Assembly (NCBI GenBank): GCA_035289205.1
Contig: DATDXV010000021.1
Coordinates: 1-49,051 of the forward strand
Reading direction: 5' to 3'
From: an archaeon
Lineage (GTDB): Archaea; Aenigmatarchaeota; Aenigmatarchaeia; Aenigmatarchaeales; DATDXV01
Length of the DNA: 49,051 bases
Part shown: piece by piece, positions 17,735 through 27,977 of the stretch
How the letters are laid out: each line of letters begins with the position of its first letter
Numbering within the stretch: the stretch's first letter is position 1
The notes under the pieces: generated by a model
Databases searched by the model: none
Told to the model about the DNA's origin: nothing
The model's input: the letters and a program-made list of their open reading frames with translations, nothing else
Translations under genes and position numbers: made by a program

Positions 17735-17810
17735 GCACTGCTATATAAACCTTTCACTTACTCGTGATGAGTCTAAACATACTATGCAAAGTAGAGTATT
17801 TAAAGCTTTA

Positions 17811-18632
17811 CTATCTATTAGTAAATAAGATTTTGCTAGAATTAACCCCTTCAAGCGGGTTCAAAACCAGCATATCCGATCCTTTGAGGTTCAGCCCGCT
17901 TCCAGCCACAAGGAATCTGCATTTCGAAGCTTTTAAGAACTTGCTTATTTCCGCGGAATTCTTGGCTTTTTGGGCTCTTAATTTCCTCCCAAGGTTCCAC
18001 TTCTCAATTGCATTGAGAAGCTTCCGGTCTGAAGCGATGAACTCCAGCTCAAGCCCCCTTTTCATCATCAGCACGGCAGCCTCTAGGTCCCTCCTGCTGC
18101 GGAGAAGGGCGAAGGCGCGCCCGCTGGAGCCCAACGGCAAGCCTCCCGCTCCCCTTATCTTTTCACTGTAAACTAGTGCCTTTTCCCTCCTGCATTCTAT
18201 GAATATCTCAACATCGGGATTTGAAAGATTTACTTTGGCTCCTGTCTTTACTGCGACCGCGCTTCCGACTTCATTATTGAGCTCCCTGGAGCCTATAGGT
18301 CCGCCTTTTCTCTCTGCCCTTACTGCGAAGCTCCTTCTGCTGTTGAGGATTCTCTTTGAAACCTTCAAGGCAGTGTTCTTTATTGCGCCCATCTCTGAGT
18401 CGCATGCTAAAGCCGGGGATATTGAAGTTATTCCGAATATCCTTTTTAGAATGGGCATTGCTTTTTGCGCATTCTCGCTGTAAACAAATATCCTCTTCTC
18501 TTCCGGCACTATTCTGCACTTCTCGCCCTGCAGGGCCCTTTCCAGGTTTCCCCTTAATGTATCGAGAGCGCTCCTATAGACCCAGTCGCTCCTTAGCGTT
18601 ATTTCCCCGACCCTAAGCAACAAACACTCCAT
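17811..18632 (-). CDS. THUMP-domain, ThiI-like protein with degenerate PP-loop and truncated C-terminus
   Basis: SFAVRAERKG...ELNNEVGSAVAVKTGAKVNLSNPDVEIFIECRREKALVY (THUMP). ThiI-like LPLGSSGRAFALL then RSRRDL where SGGIDS is expected. Confidence 0.6.
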   Translation of the reverse strand: MECLLLRVGEITLRSDWVYRSALDTLRGNLERALQGEKCRIVPEEKRIFVYSENAQKAMPILKRIFGITSISPALACDSEMGAIKNTALKVSKRILNSRRSFAVRAERKGGPIGSRELNNEVGSAVAVKTGAKVNLSNPDVEIFIECRREKALVYSEKIRGAGGLPLGSSGRAFALLRSRRDLEAAVLMMKRGLELEFIASDRKLLNAIEKWNLGRKLRAQKAKNSAEISKFLKASKCRFLVAGSGLNLKGSDMLVLNPLEGVNSSKILFTNR

Positions 18633-18684
18633 AATCTTATAACAGGGTGATATCTATAAATGGTTCAGAAAAGAGGATTATTGT

Positions 18685-19056
18685 ATGAAGATCTTCTGCG
18701 AAGTGATGGTTCAGGACATCCTGCCGGCAACCAGGGCACTGTTGGCAAAAGAACTGATAGAGAAGTACAAGATGACCCAGCAGGCTGTTGCTCTTCGGCT
18801 TGGAGTTTCGCAGGGCGCAGTTTCGCAATATCTGAGAAGCGTCAGAGGTCAAAATGTAAAGCAGATTACCAATGACAAGAAAATAATGGACACTATCCAT
18901 GCCCTTGCTGCAAAGGTCGCGGCAACAGATGAAAAAACGCTTCCTGTGATGTCTATCTATGACGAAATCTGTGAGTTATGCAGGAATGAGGTAAGATCCA
19001 AATCAGCGAAGTCCAGCAAGACCACTGTTGGATTAGAAAAATGTTTGCCCGTTTAG
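18685..19056 (+). CDS. HTH transcriptional regulator (COG2522-like)
   Basis: ELIEKYKMTQQAVALRLGVSQGAVSQYLRSVRG. Confidence 0.6.
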   Translation: MKIFCEVMVQDILPATRALLAKELIEKYKMTQQAVALRLGVSQGAVSQYLRSVRGQNVKQITNDKKIMDTIHALAAKVAATDEKTLPVMSIYDEICELCRNEVRSKSAKSSKTTVGLEKCLPV

Positions 19057-21644
19057 AACCCTGAATAGCTATAGCTCTGCGGCTTCTTCTTAAACAGATT
19101 CTTTATTCTCTCCACAAGCTTGTTTGTCTGTTGCTTAATCTGCGGAGCCTGAGGATTTGCAGCGACAGGTTGCTTTGCTGCCGTTGTTTTGACGAGCTTG
19201 CCCTTCTGCTGCGGCGTGTATGGAGGGTTCGTATTCTTCGGAATGTTCAACTTCATGCCTCTGAAGCGGGCCAGAAGAATAGCTATTATTGCAACCGCAC
19301 CGCCCAAGAAAGGTAGGGGGTTGTTTGCAACATTCAAATAAAGTCCTGTCAGGTCTATGCTCCCAAGAACAGAAGAGCTTCCGGTGCTTGAGGTGTTTGA
19401 AGTCGCTGATGTATTGCTCTCAGCAGAGCCAGATATCTTCAGCTTTGCATCAGCAGACGCCTGCACGGCAGAGCTGACATAAGTTCCGTTGGCAACGAAT
19501 TTTATGCTGTGGTCGCCGGTTGCGTCAGCAGGTATTGTGAATTCTAGCGTGTAGCTCTTCTCTGTACCCTTGATAATTGTTATCGGAGAGGTCTTCGAGT
19601 TCCACCAGCTTTTATCTAACCCAGTCACAGTCATTTTGACGTCCCTGACATCGAAATCACCTGTGTTCTTGACCTTTATCGTGACTGTCTTTGATCCCCC
19701 GGGAATCATCTCTACGGTTGCAGGAAAATCTGTTATCTTAAGCTCCTTCTTGCTTGGAGTTGACAAAGGTGTTGATCCGCTGCCGCTGCCAGTGTTTGGT
19801 GTAGTTGTATTCGGGGCGGAAGCAAGACTAAGTGTAAATACAACGCTTCCTATGTCAAACTTTGCGCTGTTTGAAGCATTGACATTGAACGCAAGCGCGC
19901 AAGTGCTCGAGCCAGTGTATCTGAACTTCCAGTATGCTGGTGATGATGAGGCAATAGAGCCGGCATTAACGGTTCCTATGCTTGCGATTCCAGGAGACTG
20001 TATGTAACCAGTATCATAGATTGGAGTTAAACAGCTTCCTGCGACAGGAGTAACAAAAACATTTTGTGCTGCTACATATCCATAGTTCGTTGCATTAACA
20101 CCGCATATAATATCCGTTGAAGCCGCCAAAGAATTAGTGGCGCAGTTGCCGCCATTGCTTATTGAAAGCCTCAAAGCAATGTCGTTCAGATTCAAAACAG
20201 TTGAATAGGTCTGCGTATTCAGACCGTCGCTAACAGTGACGTAGAAATCATATGTTCCGCCCAATGCAGCTGAAGGCACAGCTCCAGTCGTAAGCGCATA
20301 AGCTGTTCCATTGCTTACAAGGCTTATTGCTCCAAGATTGCTGAGTGTTCCGCTGACATTTGTGAACGAGCTTGAATTCCTGTGGACAGCCCAGACATTT
20401 GTGATGTTTGATGTGCCCAAACCGCTGACTAGGTTTCCGTTCTGGTATGTTGGAACGAGCGTCACAGTAATGTTGTTTCCTGGCAAAGGTGTGCTCGAAC
20501 CGCTGGAGTTTGTTACATTTGTGACGAGACCAAGCAGCTCGGACGTGACATTGACAATTGCAGTCAGCTTCAGATCTCTGTATGGGTAGCCGCCGGTGGT
20601 ATTGATAATCATACTGGAAGTATAGACACCTGCAGCATTACTCGTATTTGTTGTATTCACAGCTACGGAAAAATTGAATGGAATATCGCCTGCAAGGGTC
20701 CCGCCTGTTAGATTAGTACCGACTATTAAAGAGCCTGCAACAGGAACACTCACCTCATAAATAACATCAGATGTTGTCTTGTTGTTAAGAACAAAATTTC
20801 CTAAAAGGAATGTCTGGCTGTTGCCTCTGTTAGTCTTTATAGTGAATGTTCTGTTTCCCAATGTATTGTCTATAATGAAGTTGGTGGAAAGAAGCTCTAT
20901 CGTGCCGCTAAAGCTTGAGTTTGTGCCATTGCCTGTTGCAATAGACCACCATGTCACTGGATCGATATACTGGCTCAGAACAACGCCCTCAGCAGATTTG
21001 TATTCTATGATATTATAGGCAGATTGCTGCGGTATCTCTACCAAACCTGTGCCATTCCTCAGATTTATGCCAGGGAAACCTGCTGTTGTATTGAAAATGC
21101 TTATCCTGAAAGCTGAAGTATAGTTGATGGAGCTCATATTGAAGTAGTAGGTGTCATTTATTGTACCGTTTGTCATACCGGCGAATAAGCCAGTCCCGCT
21201 CGGATTGAAGCTAATAGGCACAAATATCTCCACAGGCACTGTTGCATTGTCACTGCTATTTGCCTCGTCATTTATCACAAACATGCCTGAGTATCTTCCA
21301 GGATTGGTCGCGGTATCAATATCAAGAGAAAGATCTGCAGTGCTGTATGCCTCCAAGGTGTAGGGGTCGGTTGCACTGCCATTCCATAACGGAGTATAAG
21401 TAAGCTGATCGCCGGTAGAGTTGATTACGTATGGTGGCTGGAGATACGTCAGATCAATGTCTAACGAACTATTCGACCAGACAGAATAAATTGGATCTCC
21501 TATAAAGGAAGCGGGAACCTCTGCGGCAGCATTGTTTAACTGAGTGATATTGAAGCTCCCTAAAACAGAATACATGCCATATCCAGACGCCAGAAATATC
21601 GACAGGGCTAGAAAAAACGAAACTGCAACTAACGGGATCTTCAT
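19053..21644 (-). CDS. large secreted, C-terminally membrane-anchored surface protein (S-layer/adhesin-like)
   Basis: Signal peptide MKIPLVAVSFFLALSIFLASGYG. Asn/Ser/Thr-rich with many N-x-S/T sequons. CARDB-like segment LKITDFPATVEMIPGGSKTVTIKVKNTGDFDVRDV. C-terminal TM GGAVAIIAILLARF plus basic tail. Confidence 0.7.
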   Translation of the reverse strand: MKIPLVAVSFFLALSIFLASGYGMYSVLGSFNITQLNNAAAEVPASFIGDPIYSVWSNSSLDIDLTYLQPPYVINSTGDQLTYTPLWNGSATDPYTLEAYSTADLSLDIDTATNPGRYSGMFVINDEANSSDNATVPVEIFVPISFNPSGTGLFAGMTNGTINDTYYFNMSSINYTSAFRISIFNTTAGFPGINLRNGTGLVEIPQQSAYNIIEYKSAEGVVLSQYIDPVTWWSIATGNGTNSSFSGTIELLSTNFIIDNTLGNRTFTIKTNRGNSQTFLLGNFVLNNKTTSDVIYEVSVPVAGSLIVGTNLTGGTLAGDIPFNFSVAVNTTNTSNAAGVYTSSMIINTTGGYPYRDLKLTAIVNVTSELLGLVTNVTNSSGSSTPLPGNNITVTLVPTYQNGNLVSGLGTSNITNVWAVHRNSSSFTNVSGTLSNLGAISLVSNGTAYALTTGAVPSAALGGTYDFYVTVSDGLNTQTYSTVLNLNDIALRLSISNGGNCATNSLAASTDIICGVNATNYGYVAAQNVFVTPVAGSCLTPIYDTGYIQSPGIASIGTVNAGSIASSSPAYWKFRYTGSSTCALAFNVNASNSAKFDIGSVVFTLSLASAPNTTTPNTGSGSGSTPLSTPSKKELKITDFPATVEMIPGGSKTVTIKVKNTGDFDVRDVKMTVTGLDKSWWNSKTSPITIIKGTEKSYTLEFTIPADATGDHSIKFVANGTYVSSAVQASADAKLKISGSAESNTSATSNTSSTGSSSVLGSIDLTGLYLNVANNPLPFLGGAVAIIAILLARFRGMKLNIPKNTNPPYTPQQKGKLVKTTAAKQPVAANPQAPQIKQQTNKLVERIKNLFKKKPQSYSYSGF

Positions 21645-21696
21645 TTCATCACAAACTGCTGTTCCTTATTTGAGATTTAATGTATTTAAACTTAAT

Positions 21697-22830
21697 TCAA
21701 GCGAAGAATTTGCGTATAAATGCATCATAGACCTTCACGCCCTTCTCCAGATCCTCTATTTCCACATATTCGTCGCTTATATGGCTCAGCGAAGGCTTTC
21801 CGATGCCGAAAACTATGGTCTTGATTCCCTGTTTTATGAAGATATTCGATCCGGTTGACCCATGCTCAGCCTTCATCTTAGGTGCCCTTCCCAATGCCTC
21901 CTTCACAGCCTCTGATAGAAGGGCAACCTCCTTGCTCTTCGTATCAAGCTCTACAGGCTCGAAGTAGACAAGCTCCTTCACTTCAATGTTCATTGTCTTG
22001 TCTTCAGACTTCAGCTTCTTTATGAGATCACTAATAATCTTCATTACAACCTCTTTTTTGTCCCCAGGAACCAACCTTATATCCACAGAAGCGGTTGCAG
22101 ATCCGGGAACAACGTTTGTCTTGAACCCCCCGGAGATAGTATTGATTGAGATCGTTGATTTTCCCAGGATCTTGTGATTGGCAGGGAACTGCATCCTGTC
22201 CAAAGCGATGAGGAATTTTCCCAGGTTCTTTATGGCATTCACCCCTTCCCATGGCATCGAGCCGTGCGCCTCTTTTCCCTTGGATTTCACATCAAGCCAC
22301 AGTACGCCCTTCTCCGCAACCTCAATGTCAAAATCGGTTGTATCGCTCAGAAGCAGAACATCAGGCTTGATCTGCTTTGCCATATGCGTCATTCCAATGC
22401 CCTCCCTGTCCCCCATCTCCTCATTGCAGCAGGCAAGGAAGATCAATTCTCCTTTGGGAGTCCACTTGGCTTTCTTCAGGTTCTCAATGGCAATTATTAT
22501 CGAGGCAAGATTCCCTTTCATGTCTGTTGCCCCCCTGCCATAGATTCTCCCTCCAGAAACCTCCCCTCCGAAAGGCTGATGCGTCCATCCGTCCCCTGCA
22601 GGGACAGTGTCCATATGACCTTCTATTGCCAGTTTCTTTGATCCTTTTCCTTTCCAAGAAATCAGCAGATTCGGCCTTCCGTGAGCAACTTCAAACATTC
22701 TAACATCAAGCCCGATCTTTTCCATCCTCTTCTTTATTAGATCAGCAACCTCCTTCTCCCTTCCAGGCGGATTGCTGCTATATGCTTTGATAAGTTCCTG
22801 CGTTAAAGCAATTAGTTCTTTATTAGGCAT
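21697..22830 (-). CDS. M20-family metallopeptidase/deacylase (ArgE/DapE/LysK-like)
   Basis: EGHMDTVPAGDGWTHQPF, GRGATDMKG, CNEE. Confidence 0.8.
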   Translation of the reverse strand: MPNKELIALTQELIKAYSSNPPGREKEVADLIKKRMEKIGLDVRMFEVAHGRPNLLISWKGKGSKKLAIEGHMDTVPAGDGWTHQPFGGEVSGGRIYGRGATDMKGNLASIIIAIENLKKAKWTPKGELIFLACCNEEMGDREGIGMTHMAKQIKPDVLLLSDTTDFDIEVAEKGVLWLDVKSKGKEAHGSMPWEGVNAIKNLGKFLIALDRMQFPANHKILGKSTISINTISGGFKTNVVPGSATASVDIRLVPGDKKEVVMKIISDLIKKLKSEDKTMNIEVKELVYFEPVELDTKSKEVALLSEAVKEALGRAPKMKAEHGSTGSNIFIKQGIKTIVFGIGKPSLSHISDEYVEIEDLEKGVKVYDAFIRKFFA

Positions 22831-22879
22831 GGAGACATTAGCGACAATTGATTTATAAAGTTTATTCGGAACTAGTCAT

Positions 22880-23311
22880 TCAACGAACTTCCAAAACATC
22901 TCCGATTGTAAGAGATTTCTTCTCTGATTTAGTTTTAATTTTAGTATCTGCAACCCCTTCTTTCAGGCTGACCTTGAAGAATCTCTCAAGTTTCTCCAGA
23001 AGGCTGAAAGGAGGCTCCCATCCCTCCTCAATCCTCTTTACAACGTTGGACTTCTCGCTGATCTTCACTGCAACCTGCTCCTGAGTCAGGTTCATTTTCT
23101 CCCTGGAAGCTCTGATTATCTTAGAAAAATCCTCCCTGATGACTATAGTAGGTTCTTCTCTCATAGGTTTCAGGGTCTGCAGAACAACCTTTGCAACAGG
23201 CATCTCCCTAACGCCGCTGCACTTGGAGCAGAGATGCAGCTGAGCGCCTTCTACGTTCATCTTTGTTACAGCCTCTTCTGATCCGCAAAGTTCGCATAGC
23301 AAAGAAACCAC
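22880..23311 (-). CDS. mbf1: archaeal multiprotein-bridging factor 1 (zinc ribbon + HTH)
   Basis: CELCGSE...CSKC followed by MNLTQEQVAVKISEKSNVVKRIEEG. Confidence 0.75.
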   Translation of the reverse strand: MVSLLCELCGSEEAVTKMNVEGAQLHLCSKCSGVREMPVAKVVLQTLKPMREEPTIVIREDFSKIIRASREKMNLTQEQVAVKISEKSNVVKRIEEGWEPPFSLLEKLERFFKVSLKEGVADTKIKTKSEKKSLTIGDVLEVR

Positions 23312-23364
23312 TCACTTTATTATAGTTGAGGAAAATATAAAAGCATCTAATACAATGTGTTCCT

Positions 23365-26349
23365 ATGTTCGACCATCATCATATCGAGGAGAGCGTTGAA
23401 GCTCTTTGGAAGAAGGAAAGAAGCAAAATAAAGAAGAGCCTGCAGTTTGAGAAAGGTAAGCCTTTATTCTCATTTCTGGAAGGCCCCCCTACAGCAAATG
23501 CCCCACCGGCATTACATCACTTAGAAGTTCGAGTCTTCAAGGATCTGGTCTGCAGGTACAAGTACATGAAAGGCTTCACTGTTCCAAGGAAAGGCGGCTG
23601 GGACTGCCATGGACTCCCCGTAGAGGTTCAAGTGGAAAAGAAGCTCGGACTGAAGACAAAGAAAGACGTACTAAGCTATGGAATAGACAAGTTCAATGGA
23701 GAATGCAGAAGGGATGTCTTCTCATTCATTGACGCATGGAACAAATTCACTGAGAAATCAGCGTTCTGGCTCGATCTGAAGAACCCTTACAGCACACTCG
23801 ACAAGAACTATATGGAAAGCGTCTGGTGGTCCCTGAAAGAGTTATATAAGAAAAAACTATTGTACGAAGCACATAAGGTTGTTCCTTACTGCCCGAGATG
23901 CGAAACCGCTCTGAGTTCGCATGAGGTTGCTCTCGGTTATGAAAAAGCTTCTGTCGAATCAATAACGGTGAAGTTCAAGATCAAAGGCAAGAATCAGTAT
24001 TTCCTCGCATGGACTACAACTCCCTGGACTTTGCCGAGCAACGTTGCACTAATGGTGCATCCTGACATAGATTATGTTTACATCAAAAGTGGAGATACTG
24101 AATACATTCTTGCAGAAAACAGGGTTGGTCATTATTTTCCTAATGCGCATGCTGTAAAGAAAGTTAAGGGAAAGGCTCTTGAGGGCATACAGTACGAACC
24201 TTTGATGGATTATTTTGTAGGGAAGCTCAAGGATCCCGCTTGGAAGGTCACGCTCTCCAAAGAGGTGACAAGCACGGACGGGACAGGAATTGTGCATAGC
24301 GCTCCCGCCTTCGGTGAAGTCGACTACGAGGTTTCAAGGAAGTACAAGATGGCTTTCGTCCAGCCTGTAAACAAGGACGGGACATTCTCGGAAGACGTGA
24401 AAGATTATGCGGGAAAGTTCGTTCTTGATGCTGACAAGGACATAATCAGGGATCTGAAAGAGCGGGGCAAAATCCTGAAAGTCGAGACATACAAGCATGA
24501 CTACCCGTTCTGCTGGCGATGCAAGAGCCCTCTTCTCTACTATGCATTGATATCGTGGTTCATTGCAACAAGCAAATTCAGGAAGCAGCTGGTTGCAAAC
24601 AACAATAAAATAAACTGGTTTCCAGAACATATCAGGGAGGGAAGGTTCGGAAACTGGCTCTCAGAAGGCAAGGACTGGGCCCTCAGCAGGAACAGGTTCT
24701 GGGGAACGCCTCTTCCCATATGGCGATGCGCAGACTGCAAGAGGGAGGAATGCATTGGAAGCATTGCAGAGCTGGAGAAGAAAGCGAAGAAAAGGGTAAA
24801 TGATATTCACAAGCCTTATGTAGATGAAATAAAGTTGAAGTGCAGGTGCGGGGGGGTGATGCAGAGGGTTCCATTCGTCATAGACTGCTGGTATGACTCT
24901 GGAGCAGCGCAGTTCGCTCAGTTCCATTATCCATTCGAGAACCAAAAACTCTTCGAGAAGAGATTCCCATATGACTTCATAGCGGAAGCGATTGACCAGA
25001 CCAGAGGATGGTTCTATACGCTTCATGCGCTATCCACGCTTCTATTCAACAAACCCGCCTACAAGAACGTTGTCTGCGCCGGCCATCTTGTTGATGAGAA
25101 GGGCGAGAAGATGTCCAAGTCAAAAGGCAACATAATCAATCCCTGGGAGCTCTTCGAAAAATATGGAGTGGATGCCACGAGATTATTGATGTGCACTTCG
25201 GCTCCAGGCAACACCAAAAGGGTAGGCTTCAGGAATGCTGAAGAAAGCGTTATCCCTTATCTCAATATTCTTTGGAACACAACGCTTTTCACAAAGGAAT
25301 TCGTCAAGCTTAACAGCAAGGCAAAGCTTCAGTTGGAAGATGAGTGGCTGGTATCCAGAGCAAACAGCCTTGTGGAAGATGTTGAAAGCGCGATAGAAAC
25401 AAATGAGTATCAGAAGGCATTCGAATCATTGAAGAATTTCGTGATGAACGACCTTTCTAGGTGGTACATCAAGCTTGTCAAGGACAGGAATGACGGCGGA
25501 GTTGGCTGCGCACTGAATCATGCATTCCGCACAATCAGCCAGGTTTCAGCGCCGCTCTCCCCATACATATCAGACTACATCTGGATTGACCTGTTGAAGA
25601 ATAAGGGGAGTGTTCATTTTGCAGGCTGGCCAAAGAGAGGCAAGGCAAACAAAGCCTTAGAATCTGACATGAAGATAGCGATGAGCGTTGTCGAAGCTGT
25701 AAATGCCCTACGACAAGAGAACAAGATCAAGCTGAAGTATGTCCTCTCCTCTGCAAACGTGATAGGTAGCGATGAGGCTGCAGAAGCAGCAAAGAGGATG
25801 GAGGATGCTATAATGAAGATGGCGAATGTCAAATCCCTGCAGACAAGCAGCATGATGATAAGCTATATTGCAAAACCAAACTGGCCTGTTGCTGGAAAGA
25901 AGTTTGGAGACAAGATAAAGCGCCTGGCAAGGCTGCTGGAAACATCTGATGCAACAAAACTTAAGGCGGAGATGGGCAAGAAGGGCAAAGCCAAGCTGGA
26001 GAACTTCAACCTTAGCAAGGATGATGTGATCTTCTCACAGAAAACAGCAATGGAGGCTGGAAAGGAGTTTGAAGGGGGCAGGGTAATTCTTGATCTGAAG
26101 ATAACAGAAGAGCTAAAGGAGGAGTGGCTTGTACGAGAACTGATAAGAGCTGTGCAGGATGAGAGGAAGAAGATGAAACTGAAGGTAAAGGACAAGGCAA
26201 CCCTCTATCTGACTGAGAATATCTTCAAGATGTGGAAGGATGATATAGAAGAAGCCACAGGAACAAAGGTTGTATTTGGAACAGTCAAGGGATCAAAAAG
26301 GGAATTTGAATTCGAGGAAAAAGTCTACGAATTTGGAATACACATTTAA
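23365..26349 (+). CDS. ileS: isoleucyl-tRNA synthetase
   Basis: GGWDCHGLPVE, WTTTPWTLPSN, DQTRGWFYTLH, KMSKSKGN; 994 aa. Confidence 0.9.
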   Translation: MFDHHHIEESVEALWKKERSKIKKSLQFEKGKPLFSFLEGPPTANAPPALHHLEVRVFKDLVCRYKYMKGFTVPRKGGWDCHGLPVEVQVEKKLGLKTKKDVLSYGIDKFNGECRRDVFSFIDAWNKFTEKSAFWLDLKNPYSTLDKNYMESVWWSLKELYKKKLLYEAHKVVPYCPRCETALSSHEVALGYEKASVESITVKFKIKGKNQYFLAWTTTPWTLPSNVALMVHPDIDYVYIKSGDTEYILAENRVGHYFPNAHAVKKVKGKALEGIQYEPLMDYFVGKLKDPAWKVTLSKEVTSTDGTGIVHSAPAFGEVDYEVSRKYKMAFVQPVNKDGTFSEDVKDYAGKFVLDADKDIIRDLKERGKILKVETYKHDYPFCWRCKSPLLYYALISWFIATSKFRKQLVANNNKINWFPEHIREGRFGNWLSEGKDWALSRNRFWGTPLPIWRCADCKREECIGSIAELEKKAKKRVNDIHKPYVDEIKLKCRCGGVMQRVPFVIDCWYDSGAAQFAQFHYPFENQKLFEKRFPYDFIAEAIDQTRGWFYTLHALSTLLFNKPAYKNVVCAGHLVDEKGEKMSKSKGNIINPWELFEKYGVDATRLLMCTSAPGNTKRVGFRNAEESVIPYLNILWNTTLFTKEFVKLNSKAKLQLEDEWLVSRANSLVEDVESAIETNEYQKAFESLKNFVMNDLSRWYIKLVKDRNDGGVGCALNHAFRTISQVSAPLSPYISDYIWIDLLKNKGSVHFAGWPKRGKANKALESDMKIAMSVVEAVNALRQENKIKLKYVLSSANVIGSDEAAEAAKRMEDAIMKMANVKSLQTSSMMISYIAKPNWPVAGKKFGDKIKRLARLLETSDATKLKAEMGKKGKAKLENFNLSKDDVIFSQKTAMEAGKEFEGGRVILDLKITEELKEEWLVRELIRAVQDERKKMKLKVKDKATLYLTENIFKMWKDDIEEATGTKVVFGTVKGSKREFEFEEKVYEFGIHI

Positions 26350-26373
26350 AAGCTATGAATCTCACTGATTACT

Positions 26374-26970
26374 ATGGTTAAGCTTAAAGACGCTCTAGAA
26401 CTGGCTGAAAAGATAAAAGACAAATCACTGAGGGAGAAGACAATAAAGCTCCTGAAAGAACCTGAGATATCCAATCCTGAGATCATCTACCCGGCGGCAA
26501 AGTTTGAGGAGATCCCTGCATGGCCCATAGGTGCGCATCACCATCATGCAGGAGGGGAGCTTGAGCATACGGTCTCCATAACAAAGATAGTGATGGCGCT
26601 GGCAGATCATTTTGAGAACATGTATAAAATGAAGATTAACAAGGACCATCTCATTGCCGGGGCTCTGCTGCATGACATTGCAAAAGTGTTTTTGTACAAG
26701 AAGATAGGAAACGAGTGGCAATTTACCGGGGCAAACCTGGATCATGCGGACTTCGGAGCATGCGAATTGTACGCAAGGGGTTTTCCGGAAGAGGTTGTGC
26801 ACATTGTTGCCTCGCACGGGGGAGAGCAGGGCGCAGCGGGAGCAAACCCCCGAACAGTAGAAGCCCTGCTTGTGTATTGGGCTGACTTCCTTGACGCCTC
26901 TGTTGAGAGCTCAACTGGAGGCGAAGCAATAAAGCAGCTCCTGCAACTGGCTCTCAAGGGCTCTGAATGA
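26374..26970 (+). CDS. HD-domain metal-dependent phosphohydrolase
   Basis: HHHAGGELEHT ... GALLHDIAK ... ASHGGE. Confidence 0.7.
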   Translation: MVKLKDALELAEKIKDKSLREKTIKLLKEPEISNPEIIYPAAKFEEIPAWPIGAHHHHAGGELEHTVSITKIVMALADHFENMYKMKINKDHLIAGALLHDIAKVFLYKKIGNEWQFTGANLDHADFGACELYARGFPEEVVHIVASHGGEQGAAGANPRTVEALLVYWADFLDASVESSTGGEAIKQLLQLALKGSE

Positions 26971-27977
26971 GACACATCAATTTTCTAAAAGAAATAAATC
27001 CAGCTTCCGTAGTCACAATAATCTCCCACAAGGACTGCGTGGATGGCCTTGTATCTGCAACCCTGATGAGCAAGGTGCTTGCAAAGAACAGAATAAAGGC
27101 AAGAATATTTTTCAGCTCCGTTAAGGACGTTGCCAAATCTGTGGAGAGGTTCAGGAACTGCGACTATCTGATTATACTTGATCTGGCATCCGAATACTAT
27201 GTGGATGCGCTTTCCGGAATTAAGGCGAAGGTCCTTGTTATAGACCATCATGTTGTTCACAAAGACGGAAGCAACAAGAATGTTGTATTCATCAATCCCA
27301 GGCTTGAGCACAAGGAAAGATACCAACCTGCTTCTTATCTTATCTGGAAGCTGTTTCCAGAGGTTAAGGAACTTAATTGGCTCTCAGCAATTGGAACAAC
27401 CGCAGATTATGGTTACGATGACTGCAGGGATCTTTTAGACAAATTCTTCAAGATAGATGACAAGAACAAGCTGCTTGACACGGAAATGGGATTGATGGGA
27501 AAGATGGTAGCAGCAGCAATAACAAAACATGGCCACAGAACCACGATGAACATTCTATACAATGCGAAGAGCCTGAAGGAGATAGAGAAGAACAAGAAGT
27601 TTGTAGAAGCCTTCAAGGAAGCTGAGACCAGATTCGCTGCTGCGCTTGAAGAGTTCTATACAAACAAAGAGAATTATGGCAACGTTGTTTTCTCCCTTCT
27701 GAGCGAGGATAACAGCAGATATGGAGGAGCTATTGGCACGAAGCTCTCTTCCCAGAACAACGAGGAGGCTTACATAATTTTCGCTAAGCTTACCAGTAGG
27801 GAGTGTTCAGTTCATGGCAGGACCCATAATAAAAAATACAATCTCGCTGAAGCGTTCAAGAAGGTGTCTCATGAGCTTGGGGCACTGGGCGGCGGGCACG
27901 AAGCTGCCTCTGGAAGCAGGATAAAAATTAAGCAGATTGGAAAATTCAAGGAACTATTTCTAAAACATTTTCAATAA
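26967..27977 (+). CDS. DHH/DHHA1-family phosphoesterase (NrnA/RecJ-like)
   Basis: ISHKDCVDGLVSA, ILDL, VIDHH, GGGHEAASG; ATGA overlap with the HD gene. Confidence 0.8.
   Translation: MRHINFLKEINPASVVTIISHKDCVDGLVSATLMSKVLAKNRIKARIFFSSVKDVAKSVERFRNCDYLIILDLASEYYVDALSGIKAKVLVIDHHVVHKDGSNKNVVFINPRLEHKERYQPASYLIWKLFPEVKELNWLSAIGTTADYGYDDCRDLLDKFFKIDDKNKLLDTEMGLMGKMVAAAITKHGHRTTMNILYNAKSLKEIEKNKKFVEAFKEAETRFAAALEEFYTNKENYGNVVFSLLSEDNSRYGGAIGTKLSSQNNEEAYIIFAKLTSRECSVHGRTHNKKYNLAEAFKKVSHELGALGGGHEAASGSRIKIKQIGKFKELFLKHFQ

Noticed and set aside
23365-23560. Unusual IleRS HIGH-region sequence (PPTANAPPALHHLE)
   Set aside because: I cannot judge from memory whether this is outside normal archaeal IleRS variation. 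The other class I motifs are intact, so it is not reported as a finding.
23747-26200. Multiple 60-120-aa antisense and off-frame ORFs inside ileS (similar ones lie inside the 863-aa surface protein, the RT, MVK and others)
   Set aside because: They are shadow ORFs within strongly supported long genes and show no independent signals.
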